Source of the DNA: a virus
Reading direction: 5' to 3' (one strand)
Length of the DNA stretch: 64,000 nt
Virus record (IMG/VR): IMGVR_UViG_3300032265_003779
Location: 1 to 64,000 of that record
Position 1 is the stretch's first letter. Every line of letters begins with the position of its first letter. Under the pieces are notes generated by a model that did no database searches, was not told the DNA's origin, and was given only the letters and a program-made list of their open reading frames with translations. Positions 10,037 to 19,327 of the stretch are shown here, piece after piece. The position numbers were made by a program, and so were the translations under genes.

Positions 10037-11038
10037 ATGATTGGAATGGATTGCGGAACTTATACATTAGTTTGTTGCAAAAGAGACGAAAATAAAAATT
10101 TTTCTTATAAAAAAGAAATTAATGCATTTCTTGAAATGCCTCTTGAAAACAAGTTTGTTTTTAACATGATGAAAAATGCTGGAGTTCCTCTTATTGAACG
10201 TGAAAAACAAGCATACGCTTTGGGTGAAGCCGCTGTTAATATGGCATATACAATGAGTGGACTAGAACTAAAAAGACCCATGACTTCTGGTTGTGTTAAC
10301 CCTAAAGAAAAAGATGCATTTCAAATATTAAGTATAATGCTTCACAGTTTAATTGGAGAGGTAGAAAAAGATAAAGAAATTTTATATTACTGCGTTCCAT
10401 CTAATGCTATTAACGAAGAAACAGATGCTGAGTATCATGGTAAAATACTTGATGCTATATTCAGAGCCTATAAAAGCGAAAAAGGGCACACAGTTGATCC
10501 AAGACCTATTAACGAAGCTTTAGCACTAGTTTATGCAGAACTTGGAAACAAGGCTTATACGGGCATTGGGTTAAGTTTCGGGGGGGGCATGGTAAATGTT
10601 TGCTTTGCAATGTTTGGCAATCCTCTATTCTCTTTTTCAATAGTTAATAGCGGAGATTGGATTGATAAAATGGCTGCAAAGGCTACTGGTGAAAGTACAA
10701 CATATATAAATAAAGAAAAGCATAAAATAGATCTGGCAAAAGCACCAACATCGCTTGTAGAAAGAGCGATACAAACACAATATAGAATAATGATAGAGCA
10801 TGCTGTAACTGGTATTAAGAAAGGACTTTTAAACACATCTAAAAGTGTTAAAACAGATCAAGAAATTGATTTTGTTGTAGCAGGAGGAACGTCTAGTCCT
10901 AATGGTTTTAAAGAACTGTTTGCAGAGTGTTTAAAACAAGCTGATCTTTCTGTTAAAATTGGGGATATTATTCAACCTAAAGATCCACTCTACAGTGTGG
11001 CTAAGGGCTGTTTATTGGCTGCAGAAAATGCTAATTAG
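10037..11038 (+). CDS. Actin-like ATPase, volactin-type
   Basis: Phosphate-1 GMDCGT, connect-1 PINEALA, phosphate-2 GLSFGGGMVN, adenosine VVAGGTS, connect-2 DPLYSVAKG. Confidence 0.88.
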   Translation: MIGMDCGTYTLVCCKRDENKNFSYKKEINAFLEMPLENKFVFNMMKNAGVPLIEREKQAYALGEAAVNMAYTMSGLELKRPMTSGCVNPKEKDAFQILSIMLHSLIGEVEKDKEILYYCVPSNAINEETDAEYHGKILDAIFRAYKSEKGHTVDPRPINEALALVYAELGNKAYTGIGLSFGGGMVNVCFAMFGNPLFSFSIVNSGDWIDKMAAKATGESTTYINKEKHKIDLAKAPTSLVERAIQTQYRIMIEHAVTGIKKGLLNTSKSVKTDQEIDFVVAGGTSSPNGFKELFAECLKQADLSVKIGDIIQPKDPLYSVAKGCLLAAENAN

Positions 11039-11075
11039 TGAACGAAAATATTTAAATTTTAACTAATATAAATTT

Positions 11076-11528
11076 ATGCTAAAAACAATAGAAGACCTTG
11101 GAACAGCCGCATATATTCTTATGCATAACTACAAGTTGGCAGGAAGAAAAGGCAAAGAAATTATATTTGAAGTAGAAGATGATAAAGAAGAAAAGTTTGA
11201 TATTTTAGGCTTAGATTATCTAAGCAGTGAGTATCATAGATTTGATTCTTGTATAATGAGTCTTAAAAAAATAAGAGAATATAATTTCGAAGTCACTGGA
11301 AAGGCTAGGTTTGCAACAGACTTAGGAGTTGCTGCTTACATTTTGATGCACAAATATAAGGTTCTGGGTAAAAGGGGAAAGTATATCTACTTCGAGGTAG
11401 AGAGCCCAGAAGTTAATGAAAAATTTGATGAACTTGCATTTGAGTATTTGACCAGCGATTTTCATAAATTTGACTCTTGCTTAATGAGTCTTAAAAAATT
11501 AAGCGAATATATTTCTGACAGAAAATAA
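11076..11528 (+). CDS. Internally duplicated DUF5659-like protein
   Basis: Two ~72-aa copies of DLG-x-AAYILMH-x-YK...FEVE...FDSC-x-MSLKK. Confidence 0.7.
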   Translation: MLKTIEDLGTAAYILMHNYKLAGRKGKEIIFEVEDDKEEKFDILGLDYLSSEYHRFDSCIMSLKKIREYNFEVTGKARFATDLGVAAYILMHKYKVLGKRGKYIYFEVESPEVNEKFDELAFEYLTSDFHKFDSCLMSLKKLSEYISDRK

Positions 11529-11539
11529 TATATATTTTT

Positions 11540-12727
11540 ATGGAAAAATCAGAATTATCTAGCATTGTTAGTCTTGTAGACGAATTTGTAAAATTGCTTA
11601 AAAAAGAACTGCTTTCTGTAGAAGCTCCCATATCAAGAGGCATTTGGGACAAAATGAAAAATTGGTGGCACAATTTAACCAAAAAAAATGATCCAAAAAA
11701 TCCATACTTTTATAAAAATAAATTTGGAGCTTTGGGCTATCCAGAAGAAAAAGAGGAACCTGATTTAGCAATTGAGTCGAAAAGGTTATCATTAGAAGAA
11801 TATAAATTTATTAGAGACTGTTATGAAGACTTAGAATCTAGCTTAGAGGTTTTATCTGAAGAAACAGTTAGTGATTCTGAAAATATAAAAAAATTAAAAC
11901 TATTTAAGATAATTGATTCTTGGGCTAGTAGATTTAAAAAAGCAATAATAGGAAAATTTATAGTCTCAACAAAGTCAGAACAGCCAAAAGAAATTCCACA
12001 ACCAGAAATAAAAGCAAAAGAAGAACCAAAGCTTAAAACAACAAATATTAGTGCTAGCTCAAGTCCTGGGGAAAGAATGGATGTTGGTGCTAAATCTGAT
12101 TTAAATATAAGACCGGATGTTAGTGCAATAAGATCAAAGCAAGAATTAAAATCAATGGAAGAAATTCCAGCTACAAAGCCTGAATTAAAAAAAATAGCTT
12201 CAACTAATAAAGAAGAAGAAGAAGAAGAGCATTTAGGCTCTGGTAGGGCAGGAAGTGGGCTTACTATACAGTGGTATGAAAATCGCTTCGTTGTAATAAA
12301 ATCAGTTGACGGAAAAAAGAGAAAAGTTGATTTAGATGCAGAAAATATAAAACCTATAAGTGAATTAGAAAAGAAAGCAAAAGATCAAATTGAAAAAGAG
12401 AGTTATGCTGCTGAGAATTATTTAAAGCGTAAAGTTTATGATAAAATAACATCCTACAAAAAAGGCTATCGACTTTACACAATAGATGCTTCAAAATTTG
12501 ATGAAGAGTTTAAAAAAGTATTTACAAGTGTTTTAGAAGAAATATCCAAGAAATATCAAAGTAAAGATGCTAAAATTATAACAAAAGGAAAAGAACTTCA
12601 CGAAGAAATATCAGAATTAGTTTTTGAAAAAATTAATGAAATCTTTAATCAAGAAAAAGAAAAAGAAATCAACACCGAGAATGACATCGATCCTACCCAT
12701 ACACATGATAATCCAGACTATGTTTAA
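11540..12727 (+). CDS. Charged hypothetical protein, possible head internal protein
   Basis: 395 aa, E/K-rich; AATATATA box 5 nt before ATG. Confidence 0.7.
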   Translation: MEKSELSSIVSLVDEFVKLLKKELLSVEAPISRGIWDKMKNWWHNLTKKNDPKNPYFYKNKFGALGYPEEKEEPDLAIESKRLSLEEYKFIRDCYEDLESSLEVLSEETVSDSENIKKLKLFKIIDSWASRFKKAIIGKFIVSTKSEQPKEIPQPEIKAKEEPKLKTTNISASSSPGERMDVGAKSDLNIRPDVSAIRSKQELKSMEEIPATKPELKKIASTNKEEEEEEHLGSGRAGSGLTIQWYENRFVVIKSVDGKKRKVDLDAENIKPISELEKKAKDQIEKESYAAENYLKRKVYDKITSYKKGYRLYTIDASKFDEEFKKVFTSVLEEISKKYQSKDAKIITKGKELHEEISELVFEKINEIFNQEKEKEINTENDIDPTHTHDNPDYV

Positions 12728-13086
12728 TTTTTATCAATTAGTTTATTTAACATGTCTACATCTATGTTGATGGAATCAGATAGTGGAAGTTCTTTATCTT
12801 TTTCTATAGTTTCAGTTGAGCCATTCATTTGATTTATAATTTTTTGGTGTTCTGGGTTGTCCGGATCTAAATGTTGCTCTTCACATATTCCTATTATATT
12901 TTTTATAAAAAACAAATTTTTGCATTTAGTTATTGGGTGAACTGTTTCTAAGATATCATTATCGCAACTTGTTAAAATGCCAGTAAAATAATCGTTATAT
13001 TGAGAATCATTAAAGTTTCTTCCTATATTTTCTGTAAATATAGTAACAGGCTTTCCAATAAGATCTTTTAATTTATAATTTCCCAT
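12724..13086 (-). CDS. Hypothetical small beta-barrel (Sm-like) protein
   Basis: LIGKPVTI...FTGILTS pattern. Confidence 0.55.
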   Translation of the reverse strand: MGNYKLKDLIGKPVTIFTENIGRNFNDSQYNDYFTGILTSCDNDILETVHPITKCKNLFFIKNIIGICEEQHLDPDNPEHQKIINQMNGSTETIEKDKELPLSDSINIDVDMLNKLIDKN

Positions 13087-13090
13087 AAAT

Positions 13091-14146
13091 TCATATTCCT
13101 TTTAATTTAAAATAATCACCACCGGTGCCCAAGGGAGCCTGAAAATCAAGCTTCTTTTTACTTGCTATCATATAGCTTTTCATCACATTAGGACCTTCTT
13201 TTACAAACATTTCATTCCAATCTTTATATGCTTTGTAAGGACTGACGAACATAAGCCTATCTTTTAAGTTTTTTGACTCTAAGTTTCTATTAATTATATC
13301 TGTCATTATCATCATGCCTCCGGAGCCCGCCTTATCGTTATCCAGGCATATTACTATTTTATAATCTTTAATTAGATTCATTTGTTTATCATCTAAGTTT
13401 TTACCTCCACAAGCGATGCCATTTAATCCAGAATAAAAAATACTTAAAGCATCAAATTCTCCTTCACAAAGGTATATTTCTTCTCCAGAGTCTGCCCAAT
13501 TGCCACCAGCAAAATACAAAACATCAGACTTGCCAACACCAACTTCTTTTGGTGGACCACGATATCTTAATTTAGAATTTCCAACATGACGACCATTCCA
13601 ATAAAACAAATTTCCATCTCTATCATAGTATGGAATTATTATTCTGGCTTTGTATGGATCTGTTTTGCAAATATAAAGTCCGTCTACTGGTATCTTTCTT
13701 TTTTTAAGATATTCTGTAGCTAAATTTCTCCAAAAATTATTATTAGGAAGAGAGCTTATTAGGCTGCTGCCTTCGGGTAGGAGAAGTTGTTTCTTCTCAG
13801 GAACAATATTTGGCTGATCTTCTTTATCTTGATTTTCAAAAAACTCAAATAATTGTTGTTCTAAATCTTCTATTGAGGATCTTCCATAAAAAATTGATAC
13901 AGCTTTATCCCTGCTGCATTTATCAACAATTTGTATTAATTTTATTAAAGATCCTTTTTTATCTGTTTTAAAGCAGTGGAAAACACCATTATTTCTACCT
14001 TTTTTTCCACCAGAAGGACTACACCACAAATGGTGCTTAGTATCATCTGCGAATATTGAATTTATAACAATTTCATTTCCTTTAACAATTATATCTCCAT
14101 CAAACCTATCCTCTGCCCATTTTTGAAAATTTTCAAATATTCCCAT
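13091..14146 (-). CDS. DNA primase (TOPRIM, gp61-like); start corrected
   Basis: Degenerate Zn-finger (H...FHCF), YLKKR, IIIPYY, WNGR, CEGEFDA, LDND-x-AG, KDWNE. Confidence 0.88.
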   Translation of the reverse strand: MGIFENFQKWAEDRFDGDIIVKGNEIVINSIFADDTKHHLWCSPSGGKKGRNNGVFHCFKTDKKGSLIKLIQIVDKCSRDKAVSIFYGRSSIEDLEQQLFEFFENQDKEDQPNIVPEKKQLLLPEGSSLISSLPNNNFWRNLATEYLKKRKIPVDGLYICKTDPYKARIIIPYYDRDGNLFYWNGRHVGNSKLRYRGPPKEVGVGKSDVLYFAGGNWADSGEEIYLCEGEFDALSIFYSGLNGIACGGKNLDDKQMNLIKDYKIVICLDNDKAGSGGMMIMTDIINRNLESKNLKDRLMFVSPYKAYKDWNEMFVKEGPNVMKSYMIASKKKLDFQAPLGTGGDYFKLKGI

Positions 14147-14197
14147 GATTTCAATTATATCAAGATCTTTTCTTTTTGCAATTACTACTTTAACTGC

Positions 14198-14953
14198 ATG
14201 AAAATAGAACACCTATCCGTGAGCAGAAAACAACTTTGGGATCAATGTCAACAGGCTTACAAGTATAAATATCATCTTGGAGTAGAGGTTAAAGAACCAG
14301 AACCAGAATACTTTTTGTATGGAAAACTTGTTCACAAAGTAGCAGAAGACTATGTCAAAGACAAAGGTAAAACAAAAATAGACGAAATTTTAAAACCATA
14401 TTTACAAGGAAGTTTATTGCTAGAAAATAAAAAAGTAGAATTATCTTCTGAGTATAAGAACAAGCTCGCAGAACATTTAACAAATATTAAAAAATTAACT
14501 GATCGTGTTGGATTTGAAGGCGAAACAGAATACTTCTTTAAATATGATCTTGATCCTCCAAAAGGAAAACATGTAACAGGAGTAATTGATAGATTTTTTA
14601 TAAAAGAAGATACTTGCTTTATAATAGACTATAAAACAACAAAGAAAGGTAGATGGAGAAAAACTCCAGAAACCATAAGACAAGATATTCAAATGCTTTG
14701 TTACGCAAGAGTAATTCAGAGAAACTTTAATATAAAGGCGGAAAATATTAGAGCGGCTTTATACTATTTGTCGGGAGGTGATATTATCGCAACAAAATTT
14801 AATCAAAACATGTTGGATAAAACAGAGCAAATTCTTCTTGAAGCATATAATTCAATAGAATCAAAAGATCCAGATGAAGTTTTTGGCAAAGTAGGAGAAC
14901 ACTGTGTGCGATGCCAATATAAAAAATTGTGTCCTTTTTATAATATAATTTAA
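14198..14953 (+). CDS. PD-(D/E)XK nuclease, Cas4/AddB-like with Fe-S cysteines; start corrected
   Basis: LSVS...C, G-x-x-x-H, GVIDR, IIDYKT, Q-x-x-x-Y, C-x-x-C-x5-C. Confidence 0.88.
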   Translation: MKIEHLSVSRKQLWDQCQQAYKYKYHLGVEVKEPEPEYFLYGKLVHKVAEDYVKDKGKTKIDEILKPYLQGSLLLENKKVELSSEYKNKLAEHLTNIKKLTDRVGFEGETEYFFKYDLDPPKGKHVTGVIDRFFIKEDTCFIIDYKTTKKGRWRKTPETIRQDIQMLCYARVIQRNFNIKAENIRAALYYLSGGDIIATKFNQNMLDKTEQILLEAYNSIESKDPDEVFGKVGEHCVRCQYKKLCPFYNII

Positions 14954-15846
14954 AAAGAGAGTGGTGTTAAAATATAATCTTCATCAAAAATTTCTTCTTT
15001 ATTTGTGTTTCTGTTCATTACCTTTATTTTTCTTTTGTTGACTTTTAACAACCAATCAAATTCATTCTTTGACCAATACTCATGAATCACGCTTAAAGGA
15101 GTAAAATATCCTTGTCCAGTGCCATCAAAAGCACTAGTTCCCCAGCAAGTTCCTATGTAAAAGTTTTCATCCATTAAGCCGCCGCCGGATCTTCCAGGTC
15201 TTGGGCTGTTTTGAATAGTAACCAAGTTTTTATCTCTTATTCCAAGAATTTCTACATTATAATGAGCAACTTCTTTTGCACCGTCGCATCCAAGTGAATG
15301 AACCTTTCTGCCTTTGACATAATCGTAGTCTTTTGGAGCTATTGGGTAGTATCCCGGAATCCAGTTGGGCTTAAAAGTCACTAATGCTGTATCACATCCT
15401 TTTACATAACTATAGAAGATTACTTCAGCTTCATATTCAGCAGGAATTTTTAATTTAACTTCATTATGATACCAGGTTATTACTTTACACTTCATTTTCT
15501 TAATCTTGCCTTGGCTATATGTCATCTGTCCTTCGTTCCAAAGATGTCCGCAAGTGGCAACATAAGCAATATTTTCTTTTTTATTATAATATATTATTGT
15601 TCCAGAACCGGCTGATGCTGAACCATCCCCCGATGGAGCTTTAATTTGAACGGAAACAGCTAAGAATTTATTATATTCCTCTCCTCTTTCTTCTAACGGC
15701 ATGCCATAAAGATCATCTTCATCAAAAATTGGAACAGGAGGCATTAATGGCATTTTATCAATTGGACTTCTTATTTGCTGAGCAGACAAAGAAGAAGGAC
15801 TGATAAAGAAGAACATTAAAAAAGTCAAAAAATATTTGTTTGTCAT
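14950..15846 (-). CDS. Secreted trypsin-like (S1) serine protease
   Basis: Signal peptide; GSGT, TCGH (His), DTAL (Asp), GRSGGG (Ser). Confidence 0.85.
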   Translation of the reverse strand: MTNKYFLTFLMFFFISPSSLSAQQIRSPIDKMPLMPPVPIFDEDDLYGMPLEERGEEYNKFLAVSVQIKAPSGDGSASAGSGTIIYYNKKENIAYVATCGHLWNEGQMTYSQGKIKKMKCKVITWYHNEVKLKIPAEYEAEVIFYSYVKGCDTALVTFKPNWIPGYYPIAPKDYDYVKGRKVHSLGCDGAKEVAHYNVEILGIRDKNLVTIQNSPRPGRSGGGLMDENFYIGTCWGTSAFDGTGQGYFTPLSVIHEYWSKNEFDWLLKVNKRKIKVMNRNTNKEEIFDEDYILTPLSF

Positions 15847-15894
15847 AAAACACCCATTTCTATAATATTTAAATTAGTATACTCAATTATTTTC

Positions 15895-16341
15895 ATGTCA
15901 TCTGTATTATGTGTATCTCACAATATATTTCTAACAAGAGAAGAACGATATCGTTTATATGAAATTGGAAATATAGAAGTTGTAGGAGTAAGCATCCCTG
16001 TTTGGTTTAATAAAAATGAAACAACGGAACCAGCAATAGAAGTATTTTGTAAATATTATTTTCAATGTAAAAATAAAAATTTTAAAAAAAATATAGAGAT
16101 AGCTGATGATGGATATGAGATAAATTTATTTAAAAATAATATTTTTAATGGAATGTCAAATAAAATTAAAAAATACTTTAAAATGAAAGAAAATTCCTAT
16201 ATTCCAAATGCTAAATCACTACTAGATATAAGGGATGGAGGATCAGAGTGGTGCAACTTTAAATCATATGATTCATATTATAATATAATTCACAGTATTG
16301 AGATACAAAAAATAGAAAATTTAACAAACTCTTTGTTTTAG
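15895..16341 (+). CDS. Hypothetical protein
   Basis: 148-aa ORF. Confidence 0.6.
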   Translation: MSSVLCVSHNIFLTREERYRLYEIGNIEVVGVSIPVWFNKNETTEPAIEVFCKYYFQCKNKNFKKNIEIADDGYEINLFKNNIFNGMSNKIKKYFKMKENSYIPNAKSLLDIRDGGSEWCNFKSYDSYYNIIHSIEIQKIENLTNSLF

Positions 16342-16817
16342 TTGGTTAAAGATAAACTCATGTCCATTATGACAGAGTTACCAGCAGTTAGGATTACAGT
16401 TTGTGATAATCTTGCAGAACTTATTAAAATTCCACTAGATTTTGCTGTTGTAAGAAATATATTATTTACAGGACCCCAGCCTACCAAGGATGCATCAAAA
16501 ACTATAGCGTTGCTTTTAACTGCGTAAGATCCATTTGATAAAAATGGAGTGCTCCAACTAGCTATCTCTTGTCTTTTATAAGATGTTTGAGATAAAGGCT
16601 CTCCGGTAATAGAAGTTATTGTGTCAGACGAGCTTAAAGTTACTCTATTGTCTAATCCTACCCAGTAACTGGTTGCTATGCCGCCTTGTTTAAAAAGAGC
16701 GTTTAACATATATTGCTCTCCTAATTGGTGAACAATATTTTTAATATTTTTTTGTTCAAAAATAATATTTTTATAATTATCAAAAACAGTAAAATTATTA
16801 ATTGTCATTAATTGCAT
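16338..16817 (-). CDS. Tail or baseplate-associated beta protein
   Basis: YKRQ...W...N-x-I-x-F...WGPV pattern typical of small tail-fibre attachment proteins. Confidence 0.55.
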   Translation of the reverse strand: MQLMTINNFTVFDNYKNIIFEQKNIKNIVHQLGEQYMLNALFKQGGIATSYWVGLDNRVTLSSSDTITSITGEPLSQTSYKRQEIASWSTPFLSNGSYAVKSNAIVFDASLVGWGPVNNIFLTTAKSSGILISSARLSQTVILTAGNSVIMDMSLSLTN

Positions 16818-17109
16818 TTTTTTGTTCCTTTATCAAATTATCTAAAACGTCTAAAGAAAGCTGTGGGTTTGGAAAATATAATTTCTTTTCCTCTTTATAA
16901 GAGAGTGTCTTTTTGCACAACTTTCCTTCGCGGCACTCCTTGCAAACTCCACACGGACGGTATGCCCTATTTTTATGCTTTTTTATTAATTTTTCAAAAT
17001 TAATAATTATTTGTTTTATTAAAACCCTTAAGCTTTCTGTTTCGTTGTTATTTTTACAACTATTTAAAGCTAAATTTAAATACTTCAAAACATCTTCATA
17101 GTTTTTCAT
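16798..17109 (-). CDS. Hypothetical protein with Cys cluster
   Basis: CGVCKEC...C. Confidence 0.65.
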   Translation of the reverse strand: MKNYEDVLKYLNLALNSCKNNNETESLRVLIKQIIINFEKLIKKHKNRAYRPCGVCKECREGKLCKKTLSYKEEKKLYFPNPQLSLDVLDNLIKEQKNAINDN

Positions 17110-17112
17110 GTT

Positions 17113-18882
17113 TTACCACCCAAACTCTTTAAGAATTTTATTACTTTTTCTATATCTATTAATTAAAATTTCCTGATCTTCAAGACTAATAGAGGAACTT
17201 GAGCTTATTTCTTCTTCAATAAAATCTTCATATCTAGAGTCTAGTAGTTCTTTTCTAATTTCTTCACAAACATCATCTTTTAAGCTTTGTGTTAATCCTT
17301 GTGATGATTGTGCTCCCACAGGAAGATCTTGTGCTATTTGATTTCTAACATAAAGAGCTATACATAATGCTGATATTGCATCATCATGCTTTCTTTTTTG
17401 TGCTTCTACTTTTTTTGTAGTTGCATTATACTCAAAAGTCTGAAGTTCAGCTGCTAGTCTAGCACTGTTTAATCTTATATTTCTATTTAGAATCCTGTTC
17501 TGCATAGCCTCCAGTATTACTGGTCTGTTTATTCTGTTTACCTTAAATCCAATTGTTTGAGATCCATTTTTCTTTGTTTCAAAATATATGTTTTCATAAT
17601 ATAAATTATTTTGTAAAGAACTAAGAACGGCAGCTCCAGCAGCCAAATTTTCAACAACTACCAACGCTGTGTTGTAGTAGGTTCCTAATTGATGGATTAA
17701 TTTTGAATAAATATGTGGTGGAACAAGATTGCTGTAAAATTCTGCTACCTGCTCTAGGGTCTCCATATCTAAAATTTGAAAGCAACTATTATCTGAATTT
17801 TCTCCCATACCATCAGCACAATCAACGCCAATAATATACTCTCTACCATCTTGTGGTTCTTTCCAAATCCATAAAGCCCCCTTGTTGTCTTCTGACTCTA
17901 ATTGAAAAGCAATTCCTGATTTATTAACCCATTGTGTAAAAAGCTTTTTTACTGGGGGCATTTTGTTTGTATAATCTGTTATTTCTCTTATTATATTAGA
18001 TGGAATGTACGTATCTCCTGATCCTAAAAATTCTCTTAAAACTTCTTGTAGAAACCCTTTTTCTCCAAGTTGTTTTTTTTGTTCTTCCACCCATTTTTCA
18101 TCATTATATTCAGGATGCTCCCAATAATCCAAATCTATTACATTAAACATGTTTCGTTTATCTTTTGCATCACTGTATTGTTGTTCGTACCAATTGCCCA
18201 TACCATTTACCGTTGATATTAAAACACAACTACCACCAGTGCTTAAAACTGGCCACATTGCTTTCCAATGTTTGTCCATATCAGGAATAAATGCAGCCTC
18301 ATCTATTATTAGAAATGTTACTGATTTACCACGAGCGGCTTCTGGTGAGTAAAACTTTAGTGCTCCTCCAGTATCTGGAAACATTTTTAAATGGTCATTC
18401 CATTTTCCTTCACCCTTTTTAGGAGCAAGCCAAGTTGGTAAATTTTCTACTGCTCGATCTATTATCATTCCTATGTCTGTTGCTTCTCGGTCTGTTTTAG
18501 ATAACAACATTATTTGCTGATCTAGCTTAAAGCTACATCTCCATAATCCCCAAAGTAGTGTGACTGTTGTCAATCCTCCTTGTCTAAATTTAGAAATTAT
18601 ATTAAACCTATTGTTTTCGTAATCCTTAATTACTTTTCTTTGGTAGTTAAAAAGAACGAAAGGAATTAAACCTTTAATAGGATGCAATATTTTAATATAC
18701 TTGTGGCAAAAATATTCAAAACTATTTACACATTTTATTGTCTCTATCTTCTGTCTCTCTAGGTCATATAGATTTACTTCTTCTAAAGTTTCGTTTGGAT
18801 CTATAGCTAATTCATAGTTATTTAAAGTAAAATACTTTGGATTGTAGTGTTTTTCATAATATTCTTTGAAATCCATATTCAT
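17113..18882 (-). CDS. terL: Terminase large subunit (T4 gp17-like)
   Basis: YQ Q-motif, Walker A SKFRQGGLTT, Walker B LIIDEAAF, ISTVNG, RNase H IGVDCA, VVEN, HDD. Confidence 0.93.
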   Translation of the reverse strand: MNMDFKEYYEKHYNPKYFTLNNYELAIDPNETLEEVNLYDLERQKIETIKCVNSFEYFCHKYIKILHPIKGLIPFVLFNYQRKVIKDYENNRFNIISKFRQGGLTTVTLLWGLWRCSFKLDQQIMLLSKTDREATDIGMIIDRAVENLPTWLAPKKGEGKWNDHLKMFPDTGGALKFYSPEAARGKSVTFLIIDEAAFIPDMDKHWKAMWPVLSTGGSCVLISTVNGMGNWYEQQYSDAKDKRNMFNVIDLDYWEHPEYNDEKWVEEQKKQLGEKGFLQEVLREFLGSGDTYIPSNIIREITDYTNKMPPVKKLFTQWVNKSGIAFQLESEDNKGALWIWKEPQDGREYIIGVDCADGMGENSDNSCFQILDMETLEQVAEFYSNLVPPHIYSKLIHQLGTYYNTALVVVENLAAGAAVLSSLQNNLYYENIYFETKKNGSQTIGFKVNRINRPVILEAMQNRILNRNIRLNSARLAAELQTFEYNATTKKVEAQKRKHDDAISALCIALYVRNQIAQDLPVGAQSSQGLTQSLKDDVCEEIRKELLDSRYEDFIEEEISSSSSISLEDQEILINRYRKSNKILKEFGW

Positions 18883-18889
18883 ATCTATG

Positions 18890-18926
18890 AAAAAAGCCCC
18901 CAAAATATTTATATTTTGGGGGCTTT
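18890..18926 (-). terminator. Intrinsic terminator (16-bp perfect inverted repeat) containing TATAAATA late promoter
   Basis: AAAGCCCCCAAAATAT / ATATTTTGGGGGCTTT with a T-run on the minus strand; TATAAATA at 18906-18913 (-). Confidence 0.8.
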
Positions 18927-18951
18927 AAAAAATGCCACTTTTATTTAAATA

Positions 18952-19245
18952 TCAAAAATCATCATCTTCGTCTTCTTCGTCATCATCCCAATCATCATCG
19001 TCATCCCAATCATCGTCTTCTTCTTCATCTTCATCTTCATCCTCGTCTTCATCTTCATCCTCGACTTCCTCCCAATCATTCCAACCATCTTCATCTTCAT
19101 CTTCGTTATCGTCCTCATCATAATCATTATAGTCTTCTTCATCATCTTCGTTATCATCTGCAAAATAATCATCATCTCTTGCAAAGCAAAAGATATTTAA
19201 AAGGTTTTCTGGAAGCATTGTTTCAAAATCTATAATCTGTGGCAT
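18952..19245 (-). CDS. Extremely acidic small protein
   Basis: 58 of the last 74 residues are D/E; AAGGA SD; own sigma70 promoter and terminator. Confidence 0.75.
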   Translation of the reverse strand: MPQIIDFETMLPENLLNIFCFARDDDYFADDNEDDEEDYNDYDEDDNEDEDEDGWNDWEEVEDEDEDEDEDEDEEEDDDWDDDDDWDDDEEDEDDDF

Positions 19246-19272
19246 TTTTTCCTTTCTTTAAAGAAGAGTCTT

Positions 19273-19301
19273 AACATACCAATAAAATAAAACAGAGTCA
19301 A
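19273..19301 (-). promoter_or_regulatory. Sigma70-like promoter TTGACT-17-TATGTT
   Basis: Consensus match. Confidence 0.6.
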
Positions 19302-19327
19302 TTGCTTTTGACTAACTAAATTAGTCG

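Noticed and set aside
14123-14212. Overlapping divergent primase and nuclease ORFs
   Set aside because: Artefact of longest-start calling; plausible starts at 14146 and 14198 leave a 51-nt gap.
14198-14953. Cas4 as part of a CRISPR-Cas system
   Set aside because: No array or other cas genes; solo Cas4/AddB-like nucleases are common in phages.
13091-18882. Leader-like N-termini on primase (FENFQKWAE) and terminase (MDFKEYYE)
   Set aside because: Partial matches on proteins not expected inside heads; left out of the count, and they show that some false positives are possible.
18932-19184. Poly-Ser and Met/Lys-rich ORFs
   Set aside because: Shadow frames of the acidic gene, which has the SD, promoter and terminator.
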